NCBI GenBank assembly: GCA_964370165.1
Contig: CAYJIG010000001.1
Coordinates: 32,292 to 96,291, forward strand
Direction of reading: 5' to 3'
Source of the DNA: an uncultured Oscillospiraceae bacterium
GTDB taxonomy: Bacteria > Bacillota > Clostridia > Oscillospirales > Ruminococcaceae
DNA: 64,000 nucleotides
Every line of letters begins with the position of its first letter. Position 1 is the first letter of the stretch. The position numbers were made by a program, and so were the translations under genes. Below, in pieces: positions 8,888-18,189 of the stretch. The notes under the pieces were generated by a model, which was given only the letters and a program-made list of their open reading frames with translations, had not been told where the DNA came from and did no database searches.

Positions 8888-10009
8888 ATGCAATTTAACT
8901 ACTACATGCCGGTAAGAACAATTTTTGAAGCAGGGATTTCAAACAAATGTGTAGACCACATTAAAGGTGATTCCGTGCTGATTGTTTGTGACCCGTTTTT
9001 TTATCAAAGCGGCACAGCGCAAAAAATAGGCGAAGGCTTAACAGGTAAAAAAGTAAGCTATTTTAGCGATATACAGCCAAATCCTACTTGCGAAAGTGTG
9101 GATGCCGGCGCTGCTATTGCACGTGAAGTGAACGCAAGCTGTGTGATAGGTCTTGGTGGTGGTAGTTCTATGGACGTTGCCAAAATGGTGGCATGCCTTA
9201 CCAAAAACGAGGGTAGCATTTATGACTACTATGCAAACGCAGGCGGCACACGTACTCTTAGCACACAGCGTGCACAGATAGTGTGTGTTCCAACCACAGC
9301 CGGTACCGGTAGCGAAGTGACAAATGTGTCGGTGTTTACCAACACAAAAAATGGCATTAAAATGCCTATGGTTACAGACATGTTCTGGCCGGACATTGCC
9401 TTGCTTGATCCTGAACTGACATACAGCTTGCCAAAATCTGTGACAGCAGCTTGCGGGCTTGATGCTTTTTGTCATGCTATTGAAGCATATTGGAACCCGA
9501 ATTCACAGCCCATGTGTGATGTGCAGGCAGTGGATGCTATGAAACGTGTGTTTGCAAGCCTTGAGACTGCATACAACACACCCTCTGATAAAGCCGCACG
9601 TGCAGACATGCTGTTAGCAAGCCTGCAAGCCGGCGTGGCATTTAGCCAAACACGCACCACAGGCGCACATGCACTAAGCTTCTCTTTGACAACAGATTAC
9701 GGTCAAAGCCACGGTGCCGCTTGCGCTATTACATTGCCGGCATTTATCCGTGTCAGCACCGAAAAACAAAAAGATAAAATGGAAAGCCTTGCAAAGATTT
9801 TGGGCTGTACATCAGTAAGTGATTTGGCCGATACAGTGGAAGGCTTGATGAAACGCTTAGGACTGCCGACACGACTATCTGAAGTTGGCGTAAAAGAAGA
9901 GAATATTTTAGACTTGGCAAAAGCCGGTCTTATTCAACCGGTTATCCATCTGTCTCCGGCAGAAATGACAGAAGAAAGCATTTGTGCACTACTGAAAAGC
10001 ATTTTGTAA
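8888..10009 (+). CDS. Iron-containing (group III) alcohol dehydrogenase
   Basis: GLGGGSSMDVAKMVA nucleotide-binding motif, with conserved His-containing segments CHAIEAYW and TTGAHALSF. Confidence 0.85.
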   Translation: MQFNYYMPVRTIFEAGISNKCVDHIKGDSVLIVCDPFFYQSGTAQKIGEGLTGKKVSYFSDIQPNPTCESVDAGAAIAREVNASCVIGLGGGSSMDVAKMVACLTKNEGSIYDYYANAGGTRTLSTQRAQIVCVPTTAGTGSEVTNVSVFTNTKNGIKMPMVTDMFWPDIALLDPELTYSLPKSVTAACGLDAFCHAIEAYWNPNSQPMCDVQAVDAMKRVFASLETAYNTPSDKAARADMLLASLQAGVAFSQTRTTGAHALSFSLTTDYGQSHGAACAITLPAFIRVSTEKQKDKMESLAKILGCTSVSDLADTVEGLMKRLGLPTRLSEVGVKEENILDLAKAGLIQPVIHLSPAEMTEESICALLKSIL

Positions 10010-10049
10010 AAATATTACATAAATTTAAACGTTATGGAGGATAATGAAA

Positions 10050-11117
10050 ATGTCAGAATTTAAAGGTAAAATGCATGAAAGTGCAGTGAAGTTTCCAATG
10101 ACAGATATTTGGATGGATTCTTGCGGTGAAGACGAGCTGAATTTTGGCTTGGAGCGTGGTATTGTAGGCGCTACCAGCAACCCTGTTATTGCAGGCGTTG
10201 TGGTAAGACAAGAGCTGGCAATATGGGAAAAACGTATTATTGAGCTTATAGATGAAATGCCAACAGCCACAGAAGAAGACATTGCGTGGAAATTGCTATA
10301 TGAAATCAGTGCATTGCGCTCTAAAAAGTTGATGCCTATTTTTGAAGAGCATAAAGGCCTGAAAGGCAGACTGTCCCTACAGACTAATATTAAAAACTAC
10401 AGAAACACAGAAAAAATGGTAGAGCAAGGCATGGAAATCCATAACCTTAGCCCTAACATGCAAGTGAAAATGCCGGCTAGTGCCGCAGGCATTGCCGCGA
10501 TGGAAGAGGTAACATATCGTGGCGGTAGCATCAATGCCACTGTTTCTTTCACTGTAAGTCAAGCTGTGGCTGTGGCGGAAGCAGTAGAGCGTGGCCTAAA
10601 ACGTCGCGAGGCTGAAGGTTTGCCTGTAGACGATATGGCACCGGTCTGCACATTGATGATAGGTCGTGTGGACGACTGGTTGAAAGCAGTGACGGTAAAA
10701 GAAGGCTTGTGTACTTCTCCTGAAGCTTTGGAATGGGCAGGCACTGCTGTTATTAAAAGATCGTATGAAATCTACAAAGAAAGAGGCTACCGCACTCGTT
10801 TGCTGTCTGCCGCTAACCGTAACTTGTATCACTGGTCTGAGCTGGTGGGTGGCGACTTGGCCCAAACTATCAACATCGGCTGGTACAAGCGCTACAATAA
10901 CTGTGGTATTGATGTTGTGGATAGAATGAGTAATCCTGTGCCTCAAAAATATCTGGACGAGCTGTCTACCATGAAAGAGTTCCATCGTTCTTACGACGAA
11001 GACGGCATGACACCTGATGAGTTTGTGCATTATGGCGGCTTTATTGTTACACTGAACCAGTTCCTTGAAGGTGCAGATGATTTGTACCAGCTGGTAAGAG
11101 GATACATGGTTAAATAA
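10050..11117 (+). CDS. Transaldolase-family protein
   Basis: GIVGATSNPVI and the Schiff-base lysine context NMQVKMPAS are typical of transaldolases. GGAGG lies 9 nt upstream of ATG 10050. ATG 10044 is also possible. Confidence 0.8.
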   Translation: MSEFKGKMHESAVKFPMTDIWMDSCGEDELNFGLERGIVGATSNPVIAGVVVRQELAIWEKRIIELIDEMPTATEEDIAWKLLYEISALRSKKLMPIFEEHKGLKGRLSLQTNIKNYRNTEKMVEQGMEIHNLSPNMQVKMPASAAGIAAMEEVTYRGGSINATVSFTVSQAVAVAEAVERGLKRREAEGLPVDDMAPVCTLMIGRVDDWLKAVTVKEGLCTSPEALEWAGTAVIKRSYEIYKERGYRTRLLSAANRNLYHWSELVGGDLAQTINIGWYKRYNNCGIDVVDRMSNPVPQKYLDELSTMKEFHRSYDEDGMTPDEFVHYGGFIVTLNQFLEGADDLYQLVRGYMVK

Positions 11118-11221
11118 TTACTATTATAAGAATAAAGGCACGGTTTTGTGTTGATTTATTCAAGTATTGCTATAAGCGTGCAACATGAATTTAGAATAGG
11201 TATATTGTACAAATCAAAAAC

Positions 11222-11262
11222 TACAGCACAAACGCTCTTTAGGCGCTTGTGCTGTTTTATAT
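11222..11262 (+). terminator. Rho-independent terminator after the transaldolase gene
   Basis: ACAGCACAAACGC pairs with GCGCTTGTGCTGT (one mismatch), followed by TTTTA. Confidence 0.65.
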
Positions 11263-11336
11263 TTATTGCAAATAAATGTGAAAAGTGGTATGGTTAGTAC
11301 AATCTTTGTTGTGTGAAAGGAAGATAAGTAACGAAA

Positions 11337-12968
11337 ATGAATCAAAAGTTAAAGCGTGTTCTTATAAATTTAGCCATCACAGTGGTGGTAGGGCTGGGAT
11401 ATTTTTATTTTATGTTGCCGGCCATCAACTTACAGGATCCGGCACTTTACCAGTTTGCATTCTTCTTGGCGGCTGTATATTGTGGCCTGACTGTAGTGAC
11501 ACTGGGCCTGCATCGTGCTCAAACGGCGGTAGAGCTGATTGCAGACATGAAGAAATATTGCAAAATACCGGTTGTTATATGCCTTTCACTTGCGGCTATA
11601 TATTTTGTGGGCCAGCTGATATCGTCGCCTATTTTCCGTGCGGGCAGCTACCATGATTTGCTTGACGTGCAGCAAGGCGACTTTGCCACCGATGTGGCCG
11701 AGGCATCGTTTGACAGCATACCGATGCTGGACGAGGCATCTGCGGCACGTTTGGGCGACCGTAAAATGGGCGAGTTGTCTGACCTTGTCAGCCAGTTTGA
11801 GGTGTCGAATGCGTACAACCAAATCAACTATCAAGAGCGTCCTGTGAGGGTGACGTATCTCACATATGGTGATTTTTTCAAGTGGTTCAATAACCAAAGT
11901 GATGGCCTGCCTGCATATATTATGGTGGACATGGTTACACAAGAGGCAGAAGTTGTGCGTTTATCAGACCTTGGATACGGTGGCATGAAATATTCTCCTT
12001 CGGAGATTTTTAACCGTAAGCTCGACAGGCATTTAAGGTTCCAATATCCTACATTTATTTTTGATACTCCGACACTGGAAATTGATGATGAAGGTGTGCC
12101 GTGGTGGGTTTGTCCCAAAGTGGAAAAAACCATAGGGCTTTTCGGTGGCACAGACATAAACGGCGCTGTGTTGATGAACGCTCTTACCGGAGAAAGCACA
12201 TACTATCAAGAAATTCCTAACTGGGTGGACAGAGTGTACAGTGCGGATCTGATTATGACGCAGTATGATTTTTACGGTACATACATAAACGGGTTCTTTA
12301 ACTCTATCATAGGCCAAAGAGACGTGACTGTTACCACCAGCGGATACAACTACATAGCGCTTGATGACGACGTGTATGTGTATACCGGCGTTACCAGCGT
12401 GGGTCAAGACGAGTCGAATCTTGGGTTCTTGCTGTCAAACCAGCGAACAAAGGAAACTACATATTATGCAGCACCCGGCGCTATTGAAACATCGGCACAG
12501 CTGTCAGCGCAGGGTGTGGTGCAGGATCTTGGATACACAGCTACATTCCCATTACTGTTGAATGTGGCAGGCGAGCCGACATATTTTATGTCGTTGAAAG
12601 ATGCCTCGCAACTGGTGAAACAATATGCCATGGTTAATGTGCAACAATATCAAATTGTGGCGACGGGCACCACGGTGGCAGAATGTGAAGAAAACTACTT
12701 GAAGCTGTTACAAAATCAAGGCATACAACAAGCAGACGATGTCGAAAAAGATGAGATAAGTGGCACGGTGCAAGAAGTGCGAAGTGCTGTTTTAGAAGGC
12801 ACCACACGGGTGTATATCAAGCTAAGCGGCCAGGACTTCTACTATGTCGTGTCGGTGGCAGACAGCGAAATAGCCGCTGTTTTGAGTGAGGGTGATAGAA
12901 TCACATTACAAACGGCCGCAGACGAAGGTGAGCTGCGAATGGCATACGATGTGGAGAAAACCAGCTGA
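11337..12968 (+). CDS. Conserved-looking membrane protein of unknown function (3 N-terminal TM helices plus a ~430-aa extracytoplasmic domain)
   Basis: 543-aa ORF with uniform coding character. TM segments lie within residues ~10-100. I recognise no family motif. Confidence 0.75.
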   Translation: MNQKLKRVLINLAITVVVGLGYFYFMLPAINLQDPALYQFAFFLAAVYCGLTVVTLGLHRAQTAVELIADMKKYCKIPVVICLSLAAIYFVGQLISSPIFRAGSYHDLLDVQQGDFATDVAEASFDSIPMLDEASAARLGDRKMGELSDLVSQFEVSNAYNQINYQERPVRVTYLTYGDFFKWFNNQSDGLPAYIMVDMVTQEAEVVRLSDLGYGGMKYSPSEIFNRKLDRHLRFQYPTFIFDTPTLEIDDEGVPWWVCPKVEKTIGLFGGTDINGAVLMNALTGESTYYQEIPNWVDRVYSADLIMTQYDFYGTYINGFFNSIIGQRDVTVTTSGYNYIALDDDVYVYTGVTSVGQDESNLGFLLSNQRTKETTYYAAPGAIETSAQLSAQGVVQDLGYTATFPLLLNVAGEPTYFMSLKDASQLVKQYAMVNVQQYQIVATGTTVAECEENYLKLLQNQGIQQADDVEKDEISGTVQEVRSAVLEGTTRVYIKLSGQDFYYVVSVADSEIAAVLSEGDRITLQTAADEGELRMAYDVEKTS

Positions 12969-13016
12969 TTTATGATTTCATAAAATATAAATAATCTTTG
13001 TTCCACTATGATTATT

Positions 13017-13172
13017 AAAGTGAAGAGGTAAAAGTGAATAGTGAAAAGTGATGGAGTCGCATAGCGACATTTTAAAGGACTTGCAGTCGGCTTGAAGCCT
13101 TAATTTAAAATGCAATTTTCAATTCATCACGAAGTGATACAATAACTTTTCACTTTTCATTCTTCACTTTTT
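13017..13172. repeat. Composite palindromic (multi-hairpin) element in the 3' UTR or intergenic region
   Basis: Outer arms: AAAGTGAAGA (13017-13026) pairs with TCTTCACTTT (13161-13170), and AAAAGTGAA (13030-13038) pairs with TTCACTTTT (13149-13157). Inner palindromes are at 13056-13068, 13089-13099 and 13126-13138. CATTTTAAA (13068-13076) pairs with TTTAAAATG (13104-13112). Confidence 0.8.
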
Positions 13173-13197
13173 ATTAAATCTAATATAAATTAATACA

Positions 13198-13240
13198 CCG
13201 CCTTGTAAATCTGATAAAGGTTTTACAAGGCGATTTTTTG
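13198..13240 (+). terminator. Rho-independent terminator
   Basis: CGCCTTGTAAA (13199-13209) pairs with TTTACAAGGCG (13222-13232), followed by ATTTTTT. Confidence 0.8.
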
Positions 13241-13322
13241 TAAAATTAGTAATTCAGTTATTTTATAAAATGTAAGAATATGCTATAATTTAAAAATAAA
13301 ACTGATGTAAAAGGAGGATGAA

Positions 13323-13955
13323 ATGAACGAACATATGGATTTTATGCATCGGAAATCTCTGGAGCGCATAGGTGAGAAGTTGACAAAAAACGGCATGGAA
13401 ACCTTTGTGGTAGACAGTGCAAAAGAAGTGGTGCCGCTGGTTGAAAGCATGGTGAAAGCCGGCGCGACGGTATCGTTTGGCGGAAGTATGTCACTTGATG
13501 AGGCGGGTGTGCTTGACCATCTGCGCAGTGGACGATACACATGTCTTGACAGAGGCGCGCCGGGTGTTGACGTAGATGAAGTGCTTCGTAAAACATTTTT
13601 TGCCGACGTTTATTTCACCTCTGCTAATGCCATAACACGAAACGGTGAGATATATCAAGTGGATGGCAATGGAAACCGTGTGGCGGCCATGATATTTGGA
13701 CCAAAGCAAGTGATATTGGTGGCGGGGCGCAACAAGATAGTTGACGATATTCCTGCGGCGAAGCTAAGGGTAGCGCAGGTGGCGGCACCACCAAACGGCC
13801 GCAGGCTGAACTTGGATACTCCATGCGCCATTACAGGCGAGTGCTCAGATTGTCGTTCAAAACATAGGATGTGCTGCACGGAAACCATCACAAAATGGCA
13901 ACGTGACCCCAATCGTTTTAAAGTTATTTTAGTTAATGAGGAATTGGGGTATTAA
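13323..13955 (+). CDS. LUD-domain (lactate-utilization YkgG/LutC-like, DUF162) protein
   Basis: 210 aa. FGGSMSLDE...FTSANAITRNGEIYQVDGNGNRVAAMIFGP resembles the LUD domain. The C-terminal Cys cluster is CAITGECSDCRSKHRMCC. RBS GGAGG lies 5 nt upstream, and an extended -10 TGCTATAAT sits at 13281-13289. Confidence 0.75.
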   Translation: MNEHMDFMHRKSLERIGEKLTKNGMETFVVDSAKEVVPLVESMVKAGATVSFGGSMSLDEAGVLDHLRSGRYTCLDRGAPGVDVDEVLRKTFFADVYFTSANAITRNGEIYQVDGNGNRVAAMIFGPKQVILVAGRNKIVDDIPAAKLRVAQVAAPPNGRRLNLDTPCAITGECSDCRSKHRMCCTETITKWQRDPNRFKVILVNEELGY

Positions 13956-14011
13956 TTCGGGCTATTAGTATATTTTGAGACTTTTTATACGCCGGGTTTA
14001 AAAACACAAAT

Positions 14012-14065
14012 AAAAACTACCCATAGTTTGCCGATTGTAGCAAATAATGGGTAGTTTTTTGTTTT
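14012..14065. terminator. Bidirectional terminator between convergent genes
   Basis: AAAAACTACCCA (14012-14023) pairs with TGGGTAGTTTTT (14048-14059), flanked by A and T runs. Confidence 0.8.
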
Positions 14066-14076
14066 GATAAAGTCTG

Positions 14077-14508
14077 TTACAGTTTGGCAAGTGGCTGGTT
14101 GCGACGGCGTAAAAGATAGCTTTCAAGAATGATAGCTGCCGCTGCAGCGTCTAGCTCTTCTTTACGTTTTTTACCGTATACGCCGGCTTCGGATAACATG
14201 TTTTCGGCGCTTTTTGTGGTACTGCGCTCGTCACAGTATACTAAAGGTATCTCAAGGATTTTTTCTAAGATGCTACCCAGTTTGCGAGTTTTTTGGGCAC
14301 GTTTTCCTTCGGTGCCGTCCATGTTTAGGGGCAGACCCAGCACCACCATGCCAACATCGAACTCACGGCTTGCATATATTATCTGCTCGGCAACCTTGGC
14401 CATACTACGCTCGGTTATCATACCTACCGGACTTGCCAAAGTCTCGGTGCGGTCACACACGGCCAGCCCTGTGCGAGCATCGCCGTAATCTACTGCCATA
14501 ATTTTCAT
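14077..14508 (-). CDS. ruvX: Holliday junction resolvase-like protein RuvX (YqgF)
   Basis: The MKIMAVDYGDARTGLAVCD N-terminus is diagnostic of YqgF/RuvX. 143 aa. Confidence 0.9.
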   Translation of the reverse strand: MKIMAVDYGDARTGLAVCDRTETLASPVGMITERSMAKVAEQIIYASREFDVGMVVLGLPLNMDGTEGKRAQKTRKLGSILEKILEIPLVYCDERSTTKSAENMLSEAGVYGKKRKEELDAAAAAIILESYLLRRRNQPLAKL

Positions 14509-14524
14509 CTATAGCTCCTAATTA

Positions 14525-16105
14525 TTATTCTTTTGTGTCATCGTCGGTGGATTTTTTTGCGCCTAAGGGTTTCATTGTGGGGAAAAGAAGGACATCACGG
14601 ATAGAAGTCTCGCCACATAGGAGCATGACAAAGCGATCTATGCCAATGCCTATGCCACCTGTGGGAGGCATGCCGTATTCAAGCGCGGTAAGGAAATCTT
14701 CGTCGATGCCGGCGGCCTCGTCGTCACCTTGTTGCTTTAAGTATTCTTGATATTCAAACCTTGAGCGTTGGTCGATGGGATCGTTAAGCTCAGTGAAAGC
14801 GTTGGCATATTCATGCCCTGCAATAAACAGCTCGAAACGAAGTGTATAGCCAGGGTTTTCGGGATCTTTTTTCGCCAGTGGAGAAATTTCTACCGGATGG
14901 CCGCTGACAAATGTGGGCTGAACCAGCTTGTCTTCGCAATACTCTTCGTAGAAAAGGTTTAGTATATCGCCTTTTTTGTGGTGGGGCTCATACTCGATAT
15001 TGCGCTCGTCTGCCAGCTTTTTGGCGGCGGCATCGTCGGCCACATCGTCAAAATCCACACCGGAGTGAATCTTCACCAGCTCACGCATAGTGAACCTATC
15101 GAAGGGTTTCTCAAGGTCGATCATCACATCGCCAAACTGCACCTTGGCATCGCCACCCAGTACTTTTCGGCCCACTGTGCGCATCATGTCTTCGCACAAG
15201 TCCATCATGCCGTTGTAGTCGGTGTATGCCTGATACAGCTCGACCATGGTGAACTCAGGGTTATGGCTTTTATCCATGCCTTCGTTGCGGAAGTTGCGGC
15301 CTATTTCATACACGCGGTCGAATCCACCAACTATAAGACGTTTTAGGTAAAGCTCCAGCGAAATGCGCAAATGCATTTCAAGGTTTAGTGTGTTGTGGTG
15401 GGTGTCAAACGGTCTTGCCGAAGCACCGCCTGCCTGCACCTGTAAGATAGGTGTCTCCACTTCCATGAAGCCAAGATCATCAAAATATCTGCGCATTTCG
15501 CTGATGATGGCGCTGCGCATACGAAAAGTCTTTTTCACATCGGGGTTCACGATAAGATCAAGATAACGCTGACGGTAGCGCATTTCTTGGTCACGTAGAC
15601 CGTGCCATTTTTCAGGAAGCGGAAGTAGACTTTTGCTTAGCAATACCACGGTTTCAGCCTTTATCGAGATTTCGCCCATTTTTGTGCGGAATACCTCGCC
15701 TTTTACGCCGATGATATCGCCGATATCAAAACGCTTAAAGTCTTTGTAGGCGTCCTCGCCAATGCCGTCACGGCGCACATACAGCTGGATATTTCCTGTG
15801 GTATCACGCAAATCGGCAAAGCTGGCCTTGCCCATCACACGCTTTGACATCATGCGGCCCGCCATGCACACTATGCGGCCTGTGTTTTCCTCGGCGGCAA
15901 TATCGGCGTACTCGTCTTTAATATCAGCGGCAAAAGCATCTTGAGGCCATGTGTTTTGCTCATATGGGTTTTTGCCGGCATCTTGTAGTTCTTTTAGTTT
16001 ATCGCGGCGCACCGCCACTTGTTCTTGATATTCTTTTTCTTGTGCTTTTAAATCCTCTATGGTAGCAGATTCGTTATCTTGTATATTTGTTTGATCTTTG
16101 TTCAT
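14525..16105 (-). CDS. lysS: Lysine--tRNA ligase (class II)
   Basis: OB-fold N-domain plus class II motifs (FRNEG, GGIGIGIDRFVMLL). RBS GGGAGGA lies 4 nt before ATG 16105. The TTG at 16129 in the ORF track is probably not the start. Confidence 0.95.
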   Translation of the reverse strand: MNKDQTNIQDNESATIEDLKAQEKEYQEQVAVRRDKLKELQDAGKNPYEQNTWPQDAFAADIKDEYADIAAEENTGRIVCMAGRMMSKRVMGKASFADLRDTTGNIQLYVRRDGIGEDAYKDFKRFDIGDIIGVKGEVFRTKMGEISIKAETVVLLSKSLLPLPEKWHGLRDQEMRYRQRYLDLIVNPDVKKTFRMRSAIISEMRRYFDDLGFMEVETPILQVQAGGASARPFDTHHNTLNLEMHLRISLELYLKRLIVGGFDRVYEIGRNFRNEGMDKSHNPEFTMVELYQAYTDYNGMMDLCEDMMRTVGRKVLGGDAKVQFGDVMIDLEKPFDRFTMRELVKIHSGVDFDDVADDAAAKKLADERNIEYEPHHKKGDILNLFYEEYCEDKLVQPTFVSGHPVEISPLAKKDPENPGYTLRFELFIAGHEYANAFTELNDPIDQRSRFEYQEYLKQQGDDEAAGIDEDFLTALEYGMPPTGGIGIGIDRFVMLLCGETSIRDVLLFPTMKPLGAKKSTDDDTKE

Positions 16106-16162
16106 GTTATCCTCCCGATAATTGTGCAATATTTCTTTTTACAGTATAGCATATCCGCCAGC

Positions 16163-17140
16163 CTAGCGCAAAAATAAACGTCGTATTCGCCATATTACAA
16201 ACCTTACCGTGCCCACAATCAAACTGCCTTGTATCCATAAATAGTTTGGGATGTTGCTAAAACGAAACGGCGGTTTTTGAATTTTACCCAGCAGTGAAAA
16301 TGCTTCTTTCATTCCTTTTCGCCATGGTTTTCCAAACCCACGCAGGTGAAACACAAAAGTTTTAAATAAATATCCTACCAGTAAAAATGGAAAATTAAGT
16401 AAAAGCATTAAAATTGGCATGTTTTTATATGGTAAAAGCAAACTATTTCGGCCGCTTTGGATACTTTTAAAGTCATTATACCTTGCGCCGGCCGCGCCAC
16501 CAAACGTTGCGCCACCAATGTGCGTACACACGGCAGAGGGGCAAAGAATGTTTTTGTATCCGCTGATGTTTGCGCGCCAGCCGATGTCTACATCTTCAAG
16601 GTATGCAAAAAAATGTTCTTCAAACAGGCCGATTTCACAGAGGATGCTTTTACGGTACATTGCCGCGCCACCACAAGCAGAAAAAACGCGTGCAGTGTCT
16701 TTGTATTTTTCAGCGGACAGTGAATTTCCACGCTGGAATGCCCACCCAAACAACGTGACAAAATCGCCGGCGTCGTCCACCTTGCCGGCGTGGTTGTGGC
16801 TCAGCATCAGCGCCTGCACCGAAAAAATGCGCTCGTCAGCCTGCATAGTGTGCAAAAGTTGCCCTAGCATATCAGGCTTTGCAAAAGCGTCGTTGTTGAA
16901 TAAAAGTACATATGGCGCCTTTGCCATTTGAATACCCACATTTACAGCGGCGGAAAACCCGGTGTTTGTTTTATTTTCCACCAAGGTGAAGTTTTCGTTT
17001 TTGGCATAGCTACGTGCAGCATCAAGGCTTTCGTCGGTGGAGGCGTTGTCCACCACGATGATTTCAAAATCTTTAAATGTTTGAGCATAAAGGCTTTCAA
17101 TACATCCCGAAAGCCAGCCGGCTCCGTTTAAATTTGGCAA
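16163..17140 (-). CDS. Family-2 glycosyltransferase
   Basis: LPNLNGAGWLSGCIESLYAQTFKDFEIIVVDNASTDES and FNNDAF (DxD-like region). The conserved first strand (VSIV) is encoded upstream of the listed TTG start, so the real start is uncertain (see findings). Confidence 0.85.
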   Translation of the reverse strand: MPNLNGAGWLSGCIESLYAQTFKDFEIIVVDNASTDESLDAARSYAKNENFTLVENKTNTGFSAAVNVGIQMAKAPYVLLFNNDAFAKPDMLGQLLHTMQADERIFSVQALMLSHNHAGKVDDAGDFVTLFGWAFQRGNSLSAEKYKDTARVFSACGGAAMYRKSILCEIGLFEEHFFAYLEDVDIGWRANISGYKNILCPSAVCTHIGGATFGGAAGARYNDFKSIQSGRNSLLLPYKNMPILMLLLNFPFLLVGYLFKTFVFHLRGFGKPWRKGMKEAFSLLGKIQKPPFRFSNIPNYLWIQGSLIVGTVRFVIWRIRRLFLR

Positions 17141-17304
17141 AACAATGCTTACTTGCAGGCGACATCCCTCTTTTCAGAAAATTGTGTGTATATTGTACCT
17201 TTTTTATGGTGGTTGTGCAAGACGGGCAAAACTGGTAGAATGTATATGTCATAATGGTATATTATGCGCACATGGATTATATGAGTATTGTAGAGGAGCC
17301 GAGA

Positions 17305-18096
17305 ATGAGTCTATTTTGTGATGTGAAGATGTTTTTGCTTGACATGGACGGAACGTTTTATCTAGGAGATGAACTGCTTGTCGGAGCAAAAGAATTTTTA
17401 TCTGTATGCAAAGAAAAAAATATCAGATACATGTTTTTGACAAACAACTCTTCAAAAAGCGCAAAAGAATATATAAAAAAACTAAGTAAATGGGATATTT
17501 TCCCAAACGAGGAGGATATGTTTACCTCGGGCGATGCAAGCTTGATGTATATGCAGGAGAATTTTTGCGAGAAAGAGATACTGGTGATAGGCACAGAAAG
17601 CTTGCATGAGCAGTTTCAAAAAGAAGGATATGTGACAGACGCAAAAAATCCTAAAGCAGTGGTGCTGGGGTTTGATACAGACATAAACTATCAAAAGCTT
17701 ACAAGGTTGTGCGATGCAGTGCGCAGTGGGGTGCCTTATATTGCCACTCATCCTGACTTTAACTGTCCTGTGCCCGGAGGCATGATACCGGACATCGGCG
17801 GGATTATTGCGCTGGTGAATGCGTGCGCCGGGCGCATGCCGGACACTATAGTGGGAAAGCCAAACGCATATATTGCAAAGGCGGCGGCGAAAAAAGCCGG
17901 ACTGAGCGTGAAAGATTTATGCATGGTGGGCGACCGCCTTTACACCGATATTGCGCTGGGCAAGGCAGGAGTACAAACGGCTTTGGTGCTTAGCGGCGAA
18001 ACAAAACAAAGCGACTTAGAGAAAAGTGATATAACACCAAACAGTGTACACGAAAATCTTGCGGAAATGGCACAGATTTTACAAAGTGAAACATAA
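17305..18096 (+). CDS. HAD-IIA family hydrolase (NagD-like sugar phosphatase)
   Basis: FLLDMDGTFY (motif I), LTNNSS (motif II), GKP and GDRLYTDI (motifs III/IV). RBS GAGGAG lies 6 nt before ATG 17305. Confidence 0.85.
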   Translation: MSLFCDVKMFLLDMDGTFYLGDELLVGAKEFLSVCKEKNIRYMFLTNNSSKSAKEYIKKLSKWDIFPNEEDMFTSGDASLMYMQENFCEKEILVIGTESLHEQFQKEGYVTDAKNPKAVVLGFDTDINYQKLTRLCDAVRSGVPYIATHPDFNCPVPGGMIPDIGGIIALVNACAGRMPDTIVGKPNAYIAKAAAKKAGLSVKDLCMVGDRLYTDIALGKAGVQTALVLSGETKQSDLEKSDITPNSVHENLAEMAQILQSET

Positions 18097-18189
18097 ATCA
18101 AAACATAAGGCCCGGTGGCAAGACCGGAGAAAAAAGGAGGCGGATCTTTTGTTTGCCGGATGCTTGCAGGCAAACGAGAGCGATGATAT

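Noticed and set aside
13051-13160. Short peptide ORFs (7-30 aa, both strands) inside the palindromic element, considered as a type I toxin
   Set aside because: None has a Shine-Dalgarno sequence or a hydrophobic helix typical of type I toxins.
18097-18189. Possible riboswitch or leader upstream of the MATE transporter (hairpins CCGGT...ACCGG and GTTTGCC...GGCAAAC)
   Set aside because: It is short, has no terminator T-run, and does not resemble the guanidine, ykkC or other MATE-associated riboswitch cores I can recall. It is most likely ordinary 5' UTR structure.
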